Shown here: in pieces, positions 18,311 to 25,901 of the stretch
Layout: each line of letters begins with the position of its first letter
Numbering within the stretch: the first letter of the stretch is position 1
Position numbers and translations under genes: made by a program
Notes under the pieces: model-generated
Told to the model about the DNA's origin: nothing
Databases searched by the model: none
What the model saw: only the letters and a program-made list of their open reading frames with translations
IMG/VR virus record: IMGVR_UViG_3300020045_004900
Location: 1 to 30,178 of that record
From: a virus
Lineage: Duplodnaviria; Caudoviricetes
Strand: one strand, 5' to 3'
DNA length: 30,178 nt

Positions 18311-19390
18311 ATGCCAGCATACGCTAAATTTGAAAACTGGCCAGGCAACTTAAACAACGCTAATGGCGACCCGTATGCCAGCGGCACATTAACCTTTGTT
18401 GTAGCGGGTACGTCAACACCGGCGGCGGTTTATTCTGATGACGCAGGAACCGCTTTATCAAACGGCGTTACTGTTGGGGTGGTCAACCTGAATATTAGAG
18501 GTGTTCCGAAAACATCCGGCGGGACAAATTGTGAAATATACGGAAATACCTCTGTTGTTTATGATATGACGCTGAAAGACTCAACCGGCGCAGTGGTCAG
18601 TCAATATGATAGTCTGCGTCCAATATCAGCCCCTGAAGAGCCGCTATTGGCGGATACGGGTTCGGCGAATTCATACGTTATCAACCCAACGCCACCGCTA
18701 ACTAGTTATGGATCAGGGAACAGATATTCATTTATTGCTGCAAATACCAATACCGGTGCATCTGTTATCCAGGTCAGCGGATTAGGAAATATTGATCTTG
18801 TTTATCGTGATGGGTCGCCGCTCGATGCGGGCGCTATTGTTGCCGGACAGCACATGGAAGTGGTGTGCGACGGCACAGATATGTTTTTATTGAGCCCGGT
18901 TTTACAGCCAAGCATCAAAGCGTATGTGGACGCATCAATTCCAACGGGCACCACTATTCTGTGGGATGCGAGCGCCACACCTCCAACGGGTTATTTGGAA
19001 AAAGATGGTTCGGCCATATCGCGCACAACCTATGCCGCACTGTTTGCGCTGTACGGTATAAAATACGGTGCTGGCGACGGCAGCACAACGTTCAATCTGC
19101 CGGATCATCGGGGCAGGTTTTATCGGATCTGGGATCATGCCGCTGGTGTTGATCCAGATGCAGCGGCCCGTACTGATCGTGGAGATGGCACAACTGGCGA
19201 TAACCTGGGCACCAAGCAGGACCACGTCTTTGCTGCGCATACTCACACCTACGGCAACATCATAAGCAACGTTACAGCTACCGCATCAACCCAGGTTATT
19301 AGCACCGGAAGCGGTACAAATACCGGGTTAACCGGAGGCAACGAAACCAGACCGGTTAACATATACATCATGGCCTGTGTTAAATATTAA
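18311..19390 (+). CDS. Tail fibre protein (head-binding N-terminus, tail collar domain, short tip)
   Basis: N-terminal G.P...GTL.F..AGTSTP. Collar PTGYLEKDGSAISRTTYAALFA...GDGSTTFNLPD.RG.F. Tip HTHT...ETRPVNI. Confidence 0.9.
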   Translation: MPAYAKFENWPGNLNNANGDPYASGTLTFVVAGTSTPAAVYSDDAGTALSNGVTVGVVNLNIRGVPKTSGGTNCEIYGNTSVVYDMTLKDSTGAVVSQYDSLRPISAPEEPLLADTGSANSYVINPTPPLTSYGSGNRYSFIAANTNTGASVIQVSGLGNIDLVYRDGSPLDAGAIVAGQHMEVVCDGTDMFLLSPVLQPSIKAYVDASIPTGTTILWDASATPPTGYLEKDGSAISRTTYAALFALYGIKYGAGDGSTTFNLPDHRGRFYRIWDHAAGVDPDAAARTDRGDGTTGDNLGTKQDHVFAAHTHTYGNIISNVTATASTQVISTGSGTNTGLTGGNETRPVNIYIMACVKY

Positions 19391-19405
19391 TCATTTGGAG
19401 GTGGT

Positions 19406-20119
19406 ATGAAAATCTACCAGCATCATCCTGTTACGAAAGAGCTCATTGGTCACAGAACGGCCCATGTCGATCCATTATCATCCAAAGAGGCTGGAGAGCC
19501 CGTCTACCTAGTGCCCGCACACTCAACAACGATATCGCCGCCAGATATAGCGCTCAAAGAAGCCGCTATTTTTAACATCAACACACAGTCATGGGATGTG
19601 GTGGCAGATTATCGCAATGACACATGGTACAACACAAACACAAAACTCCCTTTTGAGATTAAAGATCTTGGTCAGCCTCCATCATGGTTGACGCCAATCC
19701 AACCCCAAGCATATGACGAATGGGTTGGTGGTGCCTGGATGCACGACCCTGGTTTGGCCCTGAAGAGCGTGAAGAAAAATAAAACCGACCAACTAGCAAT
19801 TATAGCAGACAACAAAATTGCATCTGAATTTACCAGTGCGGCGCTAGGCGATAGCTTTATTTATCGCAACGCGATGGCAGACCAGATAAATCTAATCGGC
19901 GTCGTAATGGCAGGGATTGATGTGGTGTTGGCGTGTCGAAATAGTGGAGGTATTTGGGCGTTACGGCCACATACTGCAAAGCAGGCTCAGCAGGTGCTGC
20001 TTGACTGCGTCGCTCGCAGCCAAAGTATAGAAATTATCAAACGGGCGCTACAGGATGTAATTGATGCAACTGATGATGTGGAGGATGCGCTTGACATAGA
20101 GATAAAAATCGACGTTTGA
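19406..20119 (+). CDS. Tail fibre assembly protein (Tfa-like N-terminus, DUF4376-like C-terminus)
   Basis: LVPAHSTTISPP...WDVVADYR...EIKDLG..P, then FTSAALG...DQINL...HTAKQ. GGAGGT RBS. Confidence 0.8.
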   Translation: MKIYQHHPVTKELIGHRTAHVDPLSSKEAGEPVYLVPAHSTTISPPDIALKEAAIFNINTQSWDVVADYRNDTWYNTNTKLPFEIKDLGQPPSWLTPIQPQAYDEWVGGAWMHDPGLALKSVKKNKTDQLAIIADNKIASEFTSAALGDSFIYRNAMADQINLIGVVMAGIDVVLACRNSGGIWALRPHTAKQAQQVLLDCVARSQSIEIIKRALQDVIDATDDVEDALDIEIKIDV

Positions 20120-20148
20120 TTAGGATTGCGGCGCGTGTAGTTTTATAT

Positions 20149-20382
20149 TCAGCACGCGCAAGCATTGGCAGGGCACCGGCAGTCGTAGCACCAGCCTGGC
20201 GGCGTGCCGGCTTTGATCAAAAACAACTCCCAGACCGCAAGGTCTATCTCAATATCTCCAGCCTCGGCCATCTGCCAGATACGCGCCTTGCGATGTACCA
20301 GTGCAGCGGCCTGAGCTTGCGTTAACCCAGCATCGCGCCGGGCCTGCCTGATCTGCTGCGGGGCGGGGGCTACTGCACCCAT
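20149..20382 (-). CDS. Small XRE/HTH regulator, Aca-like (resembles Aca10 as recalled)
   Basis: PAPQQIRQARRDAGLTQAQAAALVH...WQ..EAGD......WELFLIK. Last gene of the operon; start moved to ATG 20382. Confidence 0.8.
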   Translation of the reverse strand: MGAVAPAPQQIRQARRDAGLTQAQAAALVHRKARIWQMAEAGDIEIDLAVWELFLIKAGTPPGWCYDCRCPANACAC

Positions 20383-20873
20383 TGCCCAGCCCACTCTGTA
20401 TAATCCGCACACTCTCCCAGATTTTTAAATCCGGCCAGCTTTTTACCGTCTGACCAAAAATGCCGGGTTGCCAGGGCCAGAGTAAACAACATAGACTGAT
20501 CACCGCGCAGTGACTCCAGCCGCCCCACGAACGTATCGGGCAGCGCGATATCCCATTTTTCCAGCTCGCCGCCATAGTTGTTTCCGGAGGAGTCAATCAG
20601 GCTAAACAGCATGGAGTCCAGAGCGCTGGTGACGCTCACAGAGTCCGGCGTTTTAAACTCCGTCATCTGAGCGCCGCCGTTGAGTATGTCGCAACAGAAA
20701 AGCAGCTCGTTTGCCGTCAGGTTTAGCGGGCGCGTTGGCATGCACTGCTGGATGCACAGGTTTACGGCTGATGACAACGTTAAATTAATGTCGTCGCCGT
20801 GACTGCCCGCGATTATTGCTAGCAGCTCCAGCGAGCTGTCGGCCAGGTGGATTGATAGTTTTTTAGATGTCAT
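20370..20873 (-). CDS. Hypothetical protein (167 aa) with a ribbon-helix-helix-like N-terminus
   Basis: GAGGA RBS before ATG 20873. KKLSIHL strand-helix-helix pattern. Confidence 0.7.
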   Translation of the reverse strand: MTSKKLSIHLADSSLELLAIIAGSHGDDINLTLSSAVNLCIQQCMPTRPLNLTANELLFCCDILNGGAQMTEFKTPDSVSVTSALDSMLFSLIDSSGNNYGGELEKWDIALPDTFVGRLESLRGDQSMLFTLALATRHFWSDGKKLAGFKNLGECADYTEWAGQWVQ

Positions 20874-20898
20874 AAATCCTCGCTTATTAGTTATGTTG

Positions 20899-21114
20899 TT
20901 AAAAATCAGCAGCCCAGGTATGCAGAGATTGCAAATTTGCCAGCTGCCAATCTGATACCCGCTCGCTGCGGCCATCTCGCCAGACTATGCGGTTAAACCG
21001 TTCCGCAACCTCGATCAGCCGGAAGTCAGCGCCCTGTTTTTGTGCGTCCAGTTCAGTTGGATTGTAGGTGCCCATCGGCTGAGCGCTCTGGGTTTTTATT
21101 AGCCTAATGTTCAT
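20899..21114 (-). CDS. Orphan 71-aa protein (candidate anti-defence)
   Basis: ORF track. GGGG RBS; overlaps the upstream small gene. Confidence 0.7.
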   Translation of the reverse strand: MNIRLIKTQSAQPMGTYNPTELDAQKQGADFRLIEVAERFNRIVWRDGRSERVSDWQLANLQSLHTWAADF

Positions 21115-21274
21115 TTTTTAACCCCGACGCGTGAATGATTTTGATGTCGTGCTGGGATACTCGGATATACCTCATTTGACTGCGCCGGTAGTACCTGCCG
21201 TTTTTGTATGCGCAGTTAACGATCTTGCCGGCGAATATCGCTTTAAATTCTGTGCCCGCAAAGTTGGGGTTCAT
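21104..21274 (-). CDS. Orphan basic 56-aa protein (MNPNFAGTEFKAIFAGKIVNCAYKNGRYYRRSQMRYIRV...)
   Basis: Translated by hand. GAGGA RBS; fills the operon gap. Confidence 0.7.
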   Translation of the reverse strand: MNPNFAGTEFKAIFAGKIVNCAYKNGRYYRRSQMRYIRVSQHDIKIIHASGLKNEH

Positions 21275-21329
21275 TTTTTAATCCTCACTGGTTTGTTTGG
21301 GCGTCCTTGCCCGTGGTGGTTATTCGTCG

Positions 21330-21734
21330 TTATTCGCCGACATATAACGGCGAAATTAGTCTTTCATACTCAGCTTTTGCTGCACTCCACGCTTTTTCTT
21401 GCAGAGCGTCTAGTACAGACGCGTCGTAATCACAAAACCTCTTAAGTTTTGCTGATTCGTCCGCATCATAGCCGTACTTTGACGCTGTCGTAATATCGTA
21501 ACCTGAATAAGCTTTAATGCGGTTTGTGCGCTCTTCCGGCTGATAAGCAACTGTAAACGACTCTGTTTCCCCGTTTTGATTTGTCACCCGGACTTCAAAC
21601 TGATAAGTCCAGTCGCCGAGCCCAAACTCTCCTTCTTCGCCGCTGCAACCGCCAAGGGCGGTCAGGGAACGAACGTTCCCGTACCACTGTGCGTCGAACT
21701 CCTCTTCACTGACAATTAAAAATTTGATATTCAT
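21330..21734 (-). CDS. Orphan acidic 134-aa protein (candidate anti-CRISPR/anti-defence)
   Basis: GAGGAG RBS; about 24 D/E versus 13 K/R; first gene after the strong promoter. Confidence 0.8.
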   Translation of the reverse strand: MNIKFLIVSEEEFDAQWYGNVRSLTALGGCSGEEGEFGLGDWTYQFEVRVTNQNGETESFTVAYQPEERTNRIKAYSGYDITTASKYGYDADESAKLKRFCDYDASVLDALQEKAWSAAKAEYERLISPLYVGE

Positions 21735-21812
21735 CTTTGATTCTCCTCGCGGCCTCGTTTCCGGGCGCTTTTGGGTTTGGGGATATAGAGCGTTTATTGA
21801 CTCTATGCATGT

Positions 21813-21840
21813 AGTATACGCAATAATTGCGCAATTGCAA
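21813..21840 (-). promoter_or_regulatory. sigma70 promoter with palindromic operator in the spacer
   Basis: Minus strand TTGCAA-16 bp-TATACT. The spacer holds CGCAAT-a-ATTGCG (21819-21831) and AATTGCGCAATT (21825-21836). Confidence 0.75.
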
Positions 21841-21941
21841 GACTTATTTTGATTTAAATCGTAAATATTTCGCGAATTTCTATCCCAACTTTATGCCCAC
21901 TTTCGGGAATCACTATGCATTGCTATACCCTAGTAAAACTT

Positions 21942-21954
21942 TAACGCATTGATT
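21942..21954 (-). promoter_or_regulatory. IHF consensus site in a non-coding, att-like interval
   Basis: TAAcgcaTTGATT is the exact reverse complement of WATCAANNNNTTR. Confidence 0.45.
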
Positions 21955-22040
21955 TGCATACATATTAGGCCACAGTTACAACTCTGTAATCCGCCTATTC
22001 GGGGTGTAATACCCATTCGTCCGGCTTTTTGTTAGTCATT

Positions 22041-22226
22041 TTATTTATCCCCCTGCACTGCGCGGAACATATCGTTCGATCCATCAATATACGAGTCTGA
22101 CATCACCTTGCGCATAGCGGCACGCATATCCTCTAACACTTTCGGCATTGTGTAATGCCTCAGCGATGATCCGCTGGCCCTGAGCACAGAATCTAGCGCC
22201 GCGTCTATTCGTTGTTCTGCTGTCAT
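22041..22226 (-). CDS. Hypothetical protein (61 aa)
   Basis: ORF track. GAGGA RBS. Confidence 0.7.
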   Translation of the reverse strand: MTAEQRIDAALDSVLRASGSSLRHYTMPKVLEDMRAAMRKVMSDSYIDGSNDMFRAVQGDK

Positions 22227-22241
22227 TTTATTTTCCTCAAC

Positions 22242-22376
22242 TCAAACATCTTTTGTCTGCAAATAAAGCTCAATAACTGCCATCACCGCAGCTCTGTCCC
22301 GCTCAGACAAGAGCAGATATTTGCCGTAGCAGATATAAAACTGTCCGAGCGAAATGCGTTCAATTTCCAGTTTCAT
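22242..22376 (-). CDS. Hypothetical protein (44 aa, MKLEIERISLGQFYICY...)
   Basis: Translated by hand. GGAG upstream; fills the gap. Confidence 0.5.
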   Translation of the reverse strand: MKLEIERISLGQFYICYGKYLLLSERDRAAVMAVIELYLQTKDV

Positions 22377-22472
22377 TTTTATTCGTTCTCCGGCATGGTT
22401 TTAAAATAGCAGATCGTTGTCCGGGCGGCGTCTATTGTCATGCAAGCTTCGGCGTGCATCCACCCCAGGGCT

Positions 22473-22691
22473 TCAGGTCTTACGGTTTCGGTCGTTTCCG
22501 GGCGTCACGCTCACGAAGCCCCGTTTGAGCATGTGAATCTCCATATCCTTACGCTCAAGAACCAGCCTCACCAGCGTTGCCGGTGGCGTGCCAAGCGGGC
22601 CATGTTGTTCCATCATGCAATCTGACAAATCTAATGCGTTCACCACGTCTTCAAGCATGTTTTCTAGCTCTTCCTTCGTCCAGCAGCTCAT
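22473..22691 (-). CDS. Hypothetical protein (72 aa)
   Basis: ORF track. Purine-rich RBS (GAGGGGCAGGA). Confidence 0.7.
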   Translation of the reverse strand: MSCWTKEELENMLEDVVNALDLSDCMMEQHGPLGTPPATLVRLVLERKDMEIHMLKRGFVSVTPGNDRNRKT

Positions 22692-22917
22692 TCCTGCCCC
22701 TCAATTCATCAATTAAACCGTCAAATCTCTGTCCGGTGTGCGTGCACACCGTCCATGCGGCTTGAAATTCGCTCGGGTTCATGCGCCGCACATATTCATA
22801 GCGGTCATGGCCTGTGCGTAGACTCTCTAGCTGCCCGATTATCTCCACTGCGCTCTGATGGGCCTGGCCATCGACCGAGTCGATATACTGTTGTTGGAGT
22901 GGTGTATATGTGGTCAT
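22651..22917 (-). CDS. Hypothetical protein (88 aa)
   Basis: GGAGGA RBS before ATG 22917 (MTTYTPL). Confidence 0.7.
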   Translation of the reverse strand: MTTYTPLQQQYIDSVDGQAHQSAVEIIGQLESLRTGHDRYEYVRRMNPSEFQAAWTVCTHTGQRFDGLIDELRGRNELLDEGRARKHA

Positions 22918-22921
22918 TTTA

Positions 22922-23197
22922 TTAATCCTCCATTGCCCGTTCGACAAAGCTGGATACCGTCCTGCGGCGTTTGCGGGCTGCCAGCTCCAGATGATCTTTG
23001 GTGGCGCAATATTCTTGCTTATCTGCCTCTGTAAATTTCAGCAGCTCCTGGGTTAAAATTGTGTTCTCGGCCTCAAGCTGCACAATAACGCTTTCCGCAA
23101 GGGCCAGATCTTCGCGTACTGTGGCGTAGTATGGCGCTCGTTGCATTGCTACTAGCGTGTTCAAAATTAGCGCATGTGCGCTTTTTGTTTTGCTCAT
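22922..23197 (-). CDS. Hypothetical coiled-coil protein (91 aa)
   Basis: ORF track. GGGGA RBS. Confidence 0.65.
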   Translation of the reverse strand: MSKTKSAHALILNTLVAMQRAPYYATVREDLALAESVIVQLEAENTILTQELLKFTEADKQEYCATKDHLELAARKRRRTVSSFVERAMED

Positions 23198-23365
23198 TTA
23201 ATTAATCCCCAAAATGGTTGTCACCCCAACACAGCCGCCACCAAGCACGACACCTGCAAGAGTCCATGCCACCGGGTTAGGGTGGCGCATGTGGTGCAGA
23301 TCATCGAGCAGGCCCAGAAATAAAACCGCGTAGGTGATAGCTAACAGAAGGATTGTGTTAGTCAT
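23198..23365 (-). CDS. Small membrane protein (55 aa, two hydrophobic segments)
   Basis: Translated by hand: MTNTILLLAITYAVLFLGLLDDLHHMRHPNPVAWTLAGVVLGGGCVGVTTILGIN. Fills the gap exactly. Confidence 0.6.
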   Translation of the reverse strand: MTNTILLLAITYAVLFLGLLDDLHHMRHPNPVAWTLAGVVLGGGCVGVTTILGIN

Positions 23366-23654
23366 TTAGCTTGCTCCCTGCTCCCTGCACTCTGTAACCA
23401 GGGCACCCGCTGTCGTAATTAAACCCGGAGCAGCCTTCATCCGTATGCGCACATGGATTTCCACAGTGTGAGCTACACGGCACGACCCTATGCCCACTAG
23501 CTAGTTCCGCTTGTAGATATACCCGCGCCTCTTCAGGGCTCATCATGGTGCCGTCATCGTGCTGAAAAATATCGTACCCCTGAGGGAATTTGTTACTACT
23601 CAAAAATCCCTTAATGTTTAGGCAGGTGTGTCTTTTTGTCCAGGTGGTTTCCAT
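23358..23654 (-). CDS. Cys-rich hypothetical protein (98 aa)
   Basis: ORF track. C-terminal C..C...C.GF.Y..GCPG. Confidence 0.75.
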   Translation of the reverse strand: METTWTKRHTCLNIKGFLSSNKFPQGYDIFQHDDGTMMSPEEARVYLQAELASGHRVVPCSSHCGNPCAHTDEGCSGFNYDSGCPGYRVQGAGSKLND

Positions 23655-23678
23655 ATTTTCCCCCGTCGGGTGGCGTCA

Positions 23679-24479
23679 CTACGGCGCAAATCTGCCAATA
23701 TAAATATCGGTTTTTTTAGTATCGATCATGTCGCGCAGCGTCTCTTTAAAATCCTGTGCTATCTGCTCAACGGCAGTATCGGCCTGCTGGATTTTCAGGC
23801 ACAACAGCGGGGCTGTCTCACCTGTGATCAGGCTCAGGCGCAGGATAAACGTGTGCTCTGACAGCGCCTCATAGGGGAGACAACTGAAGGAGATGAACGG
23901 GGGCAGTTCGGCGTCTGCCCCTTTAGCGTCGATGCTCTCCAGTGCCGTGCGACTGCTGCCGAAATTCCCCTCCAGTCTGGTCTGCTCGGCTTTTGCGGTG
24001 ACCGTCAACCGCCGTATAGCGGCGATCATTGGTTTTATCTCCTCCGGCGCATCGTATTGCAGGCAATCCCGCCATTCCTCGAGCCATTCGGCCAGCTCGC
24101 GCTGGGTGAGCCGTGCAGAGTTTATCTTCAACAGTGCCCGGTATGGTGCCGACTGCTGGAGGGTGAGGGCCGCCCGGTGGTCGCAATGCCCCGGCATGTC
24201 CTGTGTGCCTTGGTTTATGATGCTGATCGCTGTCATATTCTCGGCGTCGATGTAACAGGCGTCGGCATCCCATACGCTGGTGTATTCGGCGAAATCGGTG
24301 AGTGACGTGGTGGAGAACTGGCCGCGATAGCGGTTCCTGGTAGACTGGTAGGGCTCCAGACTGTGTATGGCAAAATCCTTTGGCAATATGGCGATAGGAC
24401 AGTCTGTTTCTGTCAACCTCTGCGTGAGTGCCGCAGCCAGGGCGGTGGTCTGAATTTGCTCTATGGCGCTCTTGTCCAT
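23679..24479 (-). CDS. DUF2303 / YfdQ-family phage protein
   Basis: SLEPYQ..RNRYRGQF.T.SL.DF..Y, GT...PGHCDH.A.L, QRELAEWLEEW. Confidence 0.85.
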   Translation of the reverse strand: MDKSAIEQIQTTALAAALTQRLTETDCPIAILPKDFAIHSLEPYQSTRNRYRGQFSTTSLTDFAEYTSVWDADACYIDAENMTAISIINQGTQDMPGHCDHRAALTLQQSAPYRALLKINSARLTQRELAEWLEEWRDCLQYDAPEEIKPMIAAIRRLTVTAKAEQTRLEGNFGSSRTALESIDAKGADAELPPFISFSCLPYEALSEHTFILRLSLITGETAPLLCLKIQQADTAVEQIAQDFKETLRDMIDTKKTDIYIGRFAP

Positions 24480-24482
24480 CGG

Positions 24483-24827
24483 TTAGCTCCTGTTTGATTC
24501 GGCGATGTCGCCGGTTTTAGTAAACATCTGTTCCTGGTTTTCCGGGAACAGGGTTAATCTGCCACCGGTGCCGACGTGCATTGGCGTTTCGGTGGTATTT
24601 TCCTCGCTGACCTTGCCCTTAGATGTGGGCCTGGTGAATGTCAACTTGTGCCGCACCGCCACTTGATAGCTGCTGCCGATCCGTTTGAGTTTGAGCGTGA
24701 TATTGATCGCGCCCTCTTTATCGTGATCGATCACGCTGCCGGCAACGTCGGATAGAGCGCGTGCAAGCTTTTGTTCAAACGCGCCTCCGTCCAGGTCGCT
24801 GAAAAATTCGGTTACGTCGGTTGTCAT
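24483..24827 (-). CDS. YfdP-like phage protein (partner of DUF2303)
   Basis: TDVTEFFSDLDGGAFEQKL...HKL....PT..G...E..T.ETPMHV..GG.L. AGGAG RBS. Confidence 0.8.
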   Translation of the reverse strand: MTTDVTEFFSDLDGGAFEQKLARALSDVAGSVIDHDKEGAINITLKLKRIGSSYQVAVRHKLTFTRPTSKGKVSEENTTETPMHVGTGGRLTLFPENQEQMFTKTGDIAESNRS

Positions 24828-24885
24828 GATTATCTCCTGTCAGTTGTTGATTGTCGGTGGTCGCCTTCATGCTCGCCCAGTGGTT

Positions 24886-25875
24886 TCATGGTTTTAGTTC
24901 CTCAGCGCTGGCTTCTGATTTTTGCTGCTCGATCAAGTGCCGGAGCTTTGGAGCCTCGCCTTTCGACAGCTCCTCCCACTGCGGCAGGTTGTCGATGGCC
25001 TCGAAATCGGCTAGCGTGTTGGCCATGCTGATTAGTTTTTCTATTTCGGCGCATGGTTTGGAAGCTGCCCGTTCCTCCTCGGGTTTTGGCTTGTTGTCCA
25101 GCTTGTTGTCATCAGTGTCATCATCACCAGTAATTACAATAAAATCACCATCAAGCGCAGCCTGCTTGCCGTCAGATACCGCGTCATCTATTTGTATCGC
25201 GCTTTGAAACTCAATCGACATAGGGAGATAGTTAGCCATGCGCCGGATTAGTGTTTTCCGAACCATTTGCTCATAGTCCGTCACCCACGGGCCGGAGCCA
25301 GACGCCTTGGATCGAGCGCGAATCTTGTTAACATCGGCGATAGACATCCATTCAAGATGATGCCCGCCATCTTTAAATTTAGCGACGCCATAGACAAGGC
25401 GGGGCTGGCCGCGATCACTGTCCAACTGCGGCTTGTGACGCAAATTTGAATCAATACCCAGCACTAAATCAAATTCGTCATTCTCATAAACAATATGAGT
25501 TTCGATGCTGCTTACCTCGCCGGAGCGGCGAGCCAGGGAAATCAAACCCTTGTAGCCAGGGATAAACTGGGCTTCCGTTGTGTTGGTTTTGTTGTTTCTG
25601 TACGGCACAAGGTACGCCTGACCCAGAACACCAACTTCCAGGCCCAACTGCGAAGCCTGAATGATTGCCCCAAATACGGAAACTTGCGTGCATTTTTGCA
25701 ATGCCGGGTTTTTTGAAAACTCAGTACACGCTAGCCGAATCATTCGATCCGGGCTGATGTGGCTGGGCAGCGCCGCAGCCATTTGTCTTTTTTGTTTCTC
25801 CAAAAATACCCGAAACATCGCGACGGGATTTTGTTCTTTATCAGTTGTTGCATCTCTTAGTTCTTGCGCACTCAT
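24886..25875 (-). CDS. recT: RecT-family single-strand annealing protein
   Basis: LPSHISPDRMIR...LGLE...GQAYLVPY...GYKGLISLARRSG...GPW.TDYEQM.RKT.IRR...YLP.S. Confidence 0.95.
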   Translation of the reverse strand: MSAQELRDATTDKEQNPVAMFRVFLEKQKRQMAAALPSHISPDRMIRLACTEFSKNPALQKCTQVSVFGAIIQASQLGLEVGVLGQAYLVPYRNNKTNTTEAQFIPGYKGLISLARRSGEVSSIETHIVYENDEFDLVLGIDSNLRHKPQLDSDRGQPRLVYGVAKFKDGGHHLEWMSIADVNKIRARSKASGSGPWVTDYEQMVRKTLIRRMANYLPMSIEFQSAIQIDDAVSDGKQAALDGDFIVITGDDDTDDNKLDNKPKPEEERAASKPCAEIEKLISMANTLADFEAIDNLPQWEELSKGEAPKLRHLIEQQKSEASAEELKP

Positions 25876-25901
25876 AATAATACCCTCAATTGTTTGTTTA
25901 A

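Noticed and set aside
21280-21810. CRISPR mini-array or solitary repeat (RNA anti-CRISPR)
   Set aside because: The hairpins are single and dissimilar, and do not match the type I-C/I-E/I-F repeat consensuses I know. No repeat-spacer periodicity.
21975-22030. tRNA gene or fragment (GGG-tgtaata-CCC resembles a T arm)
   Set aside because: Lacks TTCRA, an acceptor stem and a full cloverleaf. At most a decayed att core.
18311-22040. Diversity-generating retroelement, suggested by the BPP-1-like capsid genes
   Set aside because: No reverse transcriptase ORF, and no template/variable repeat pair matching the fibre 3' end was seen.
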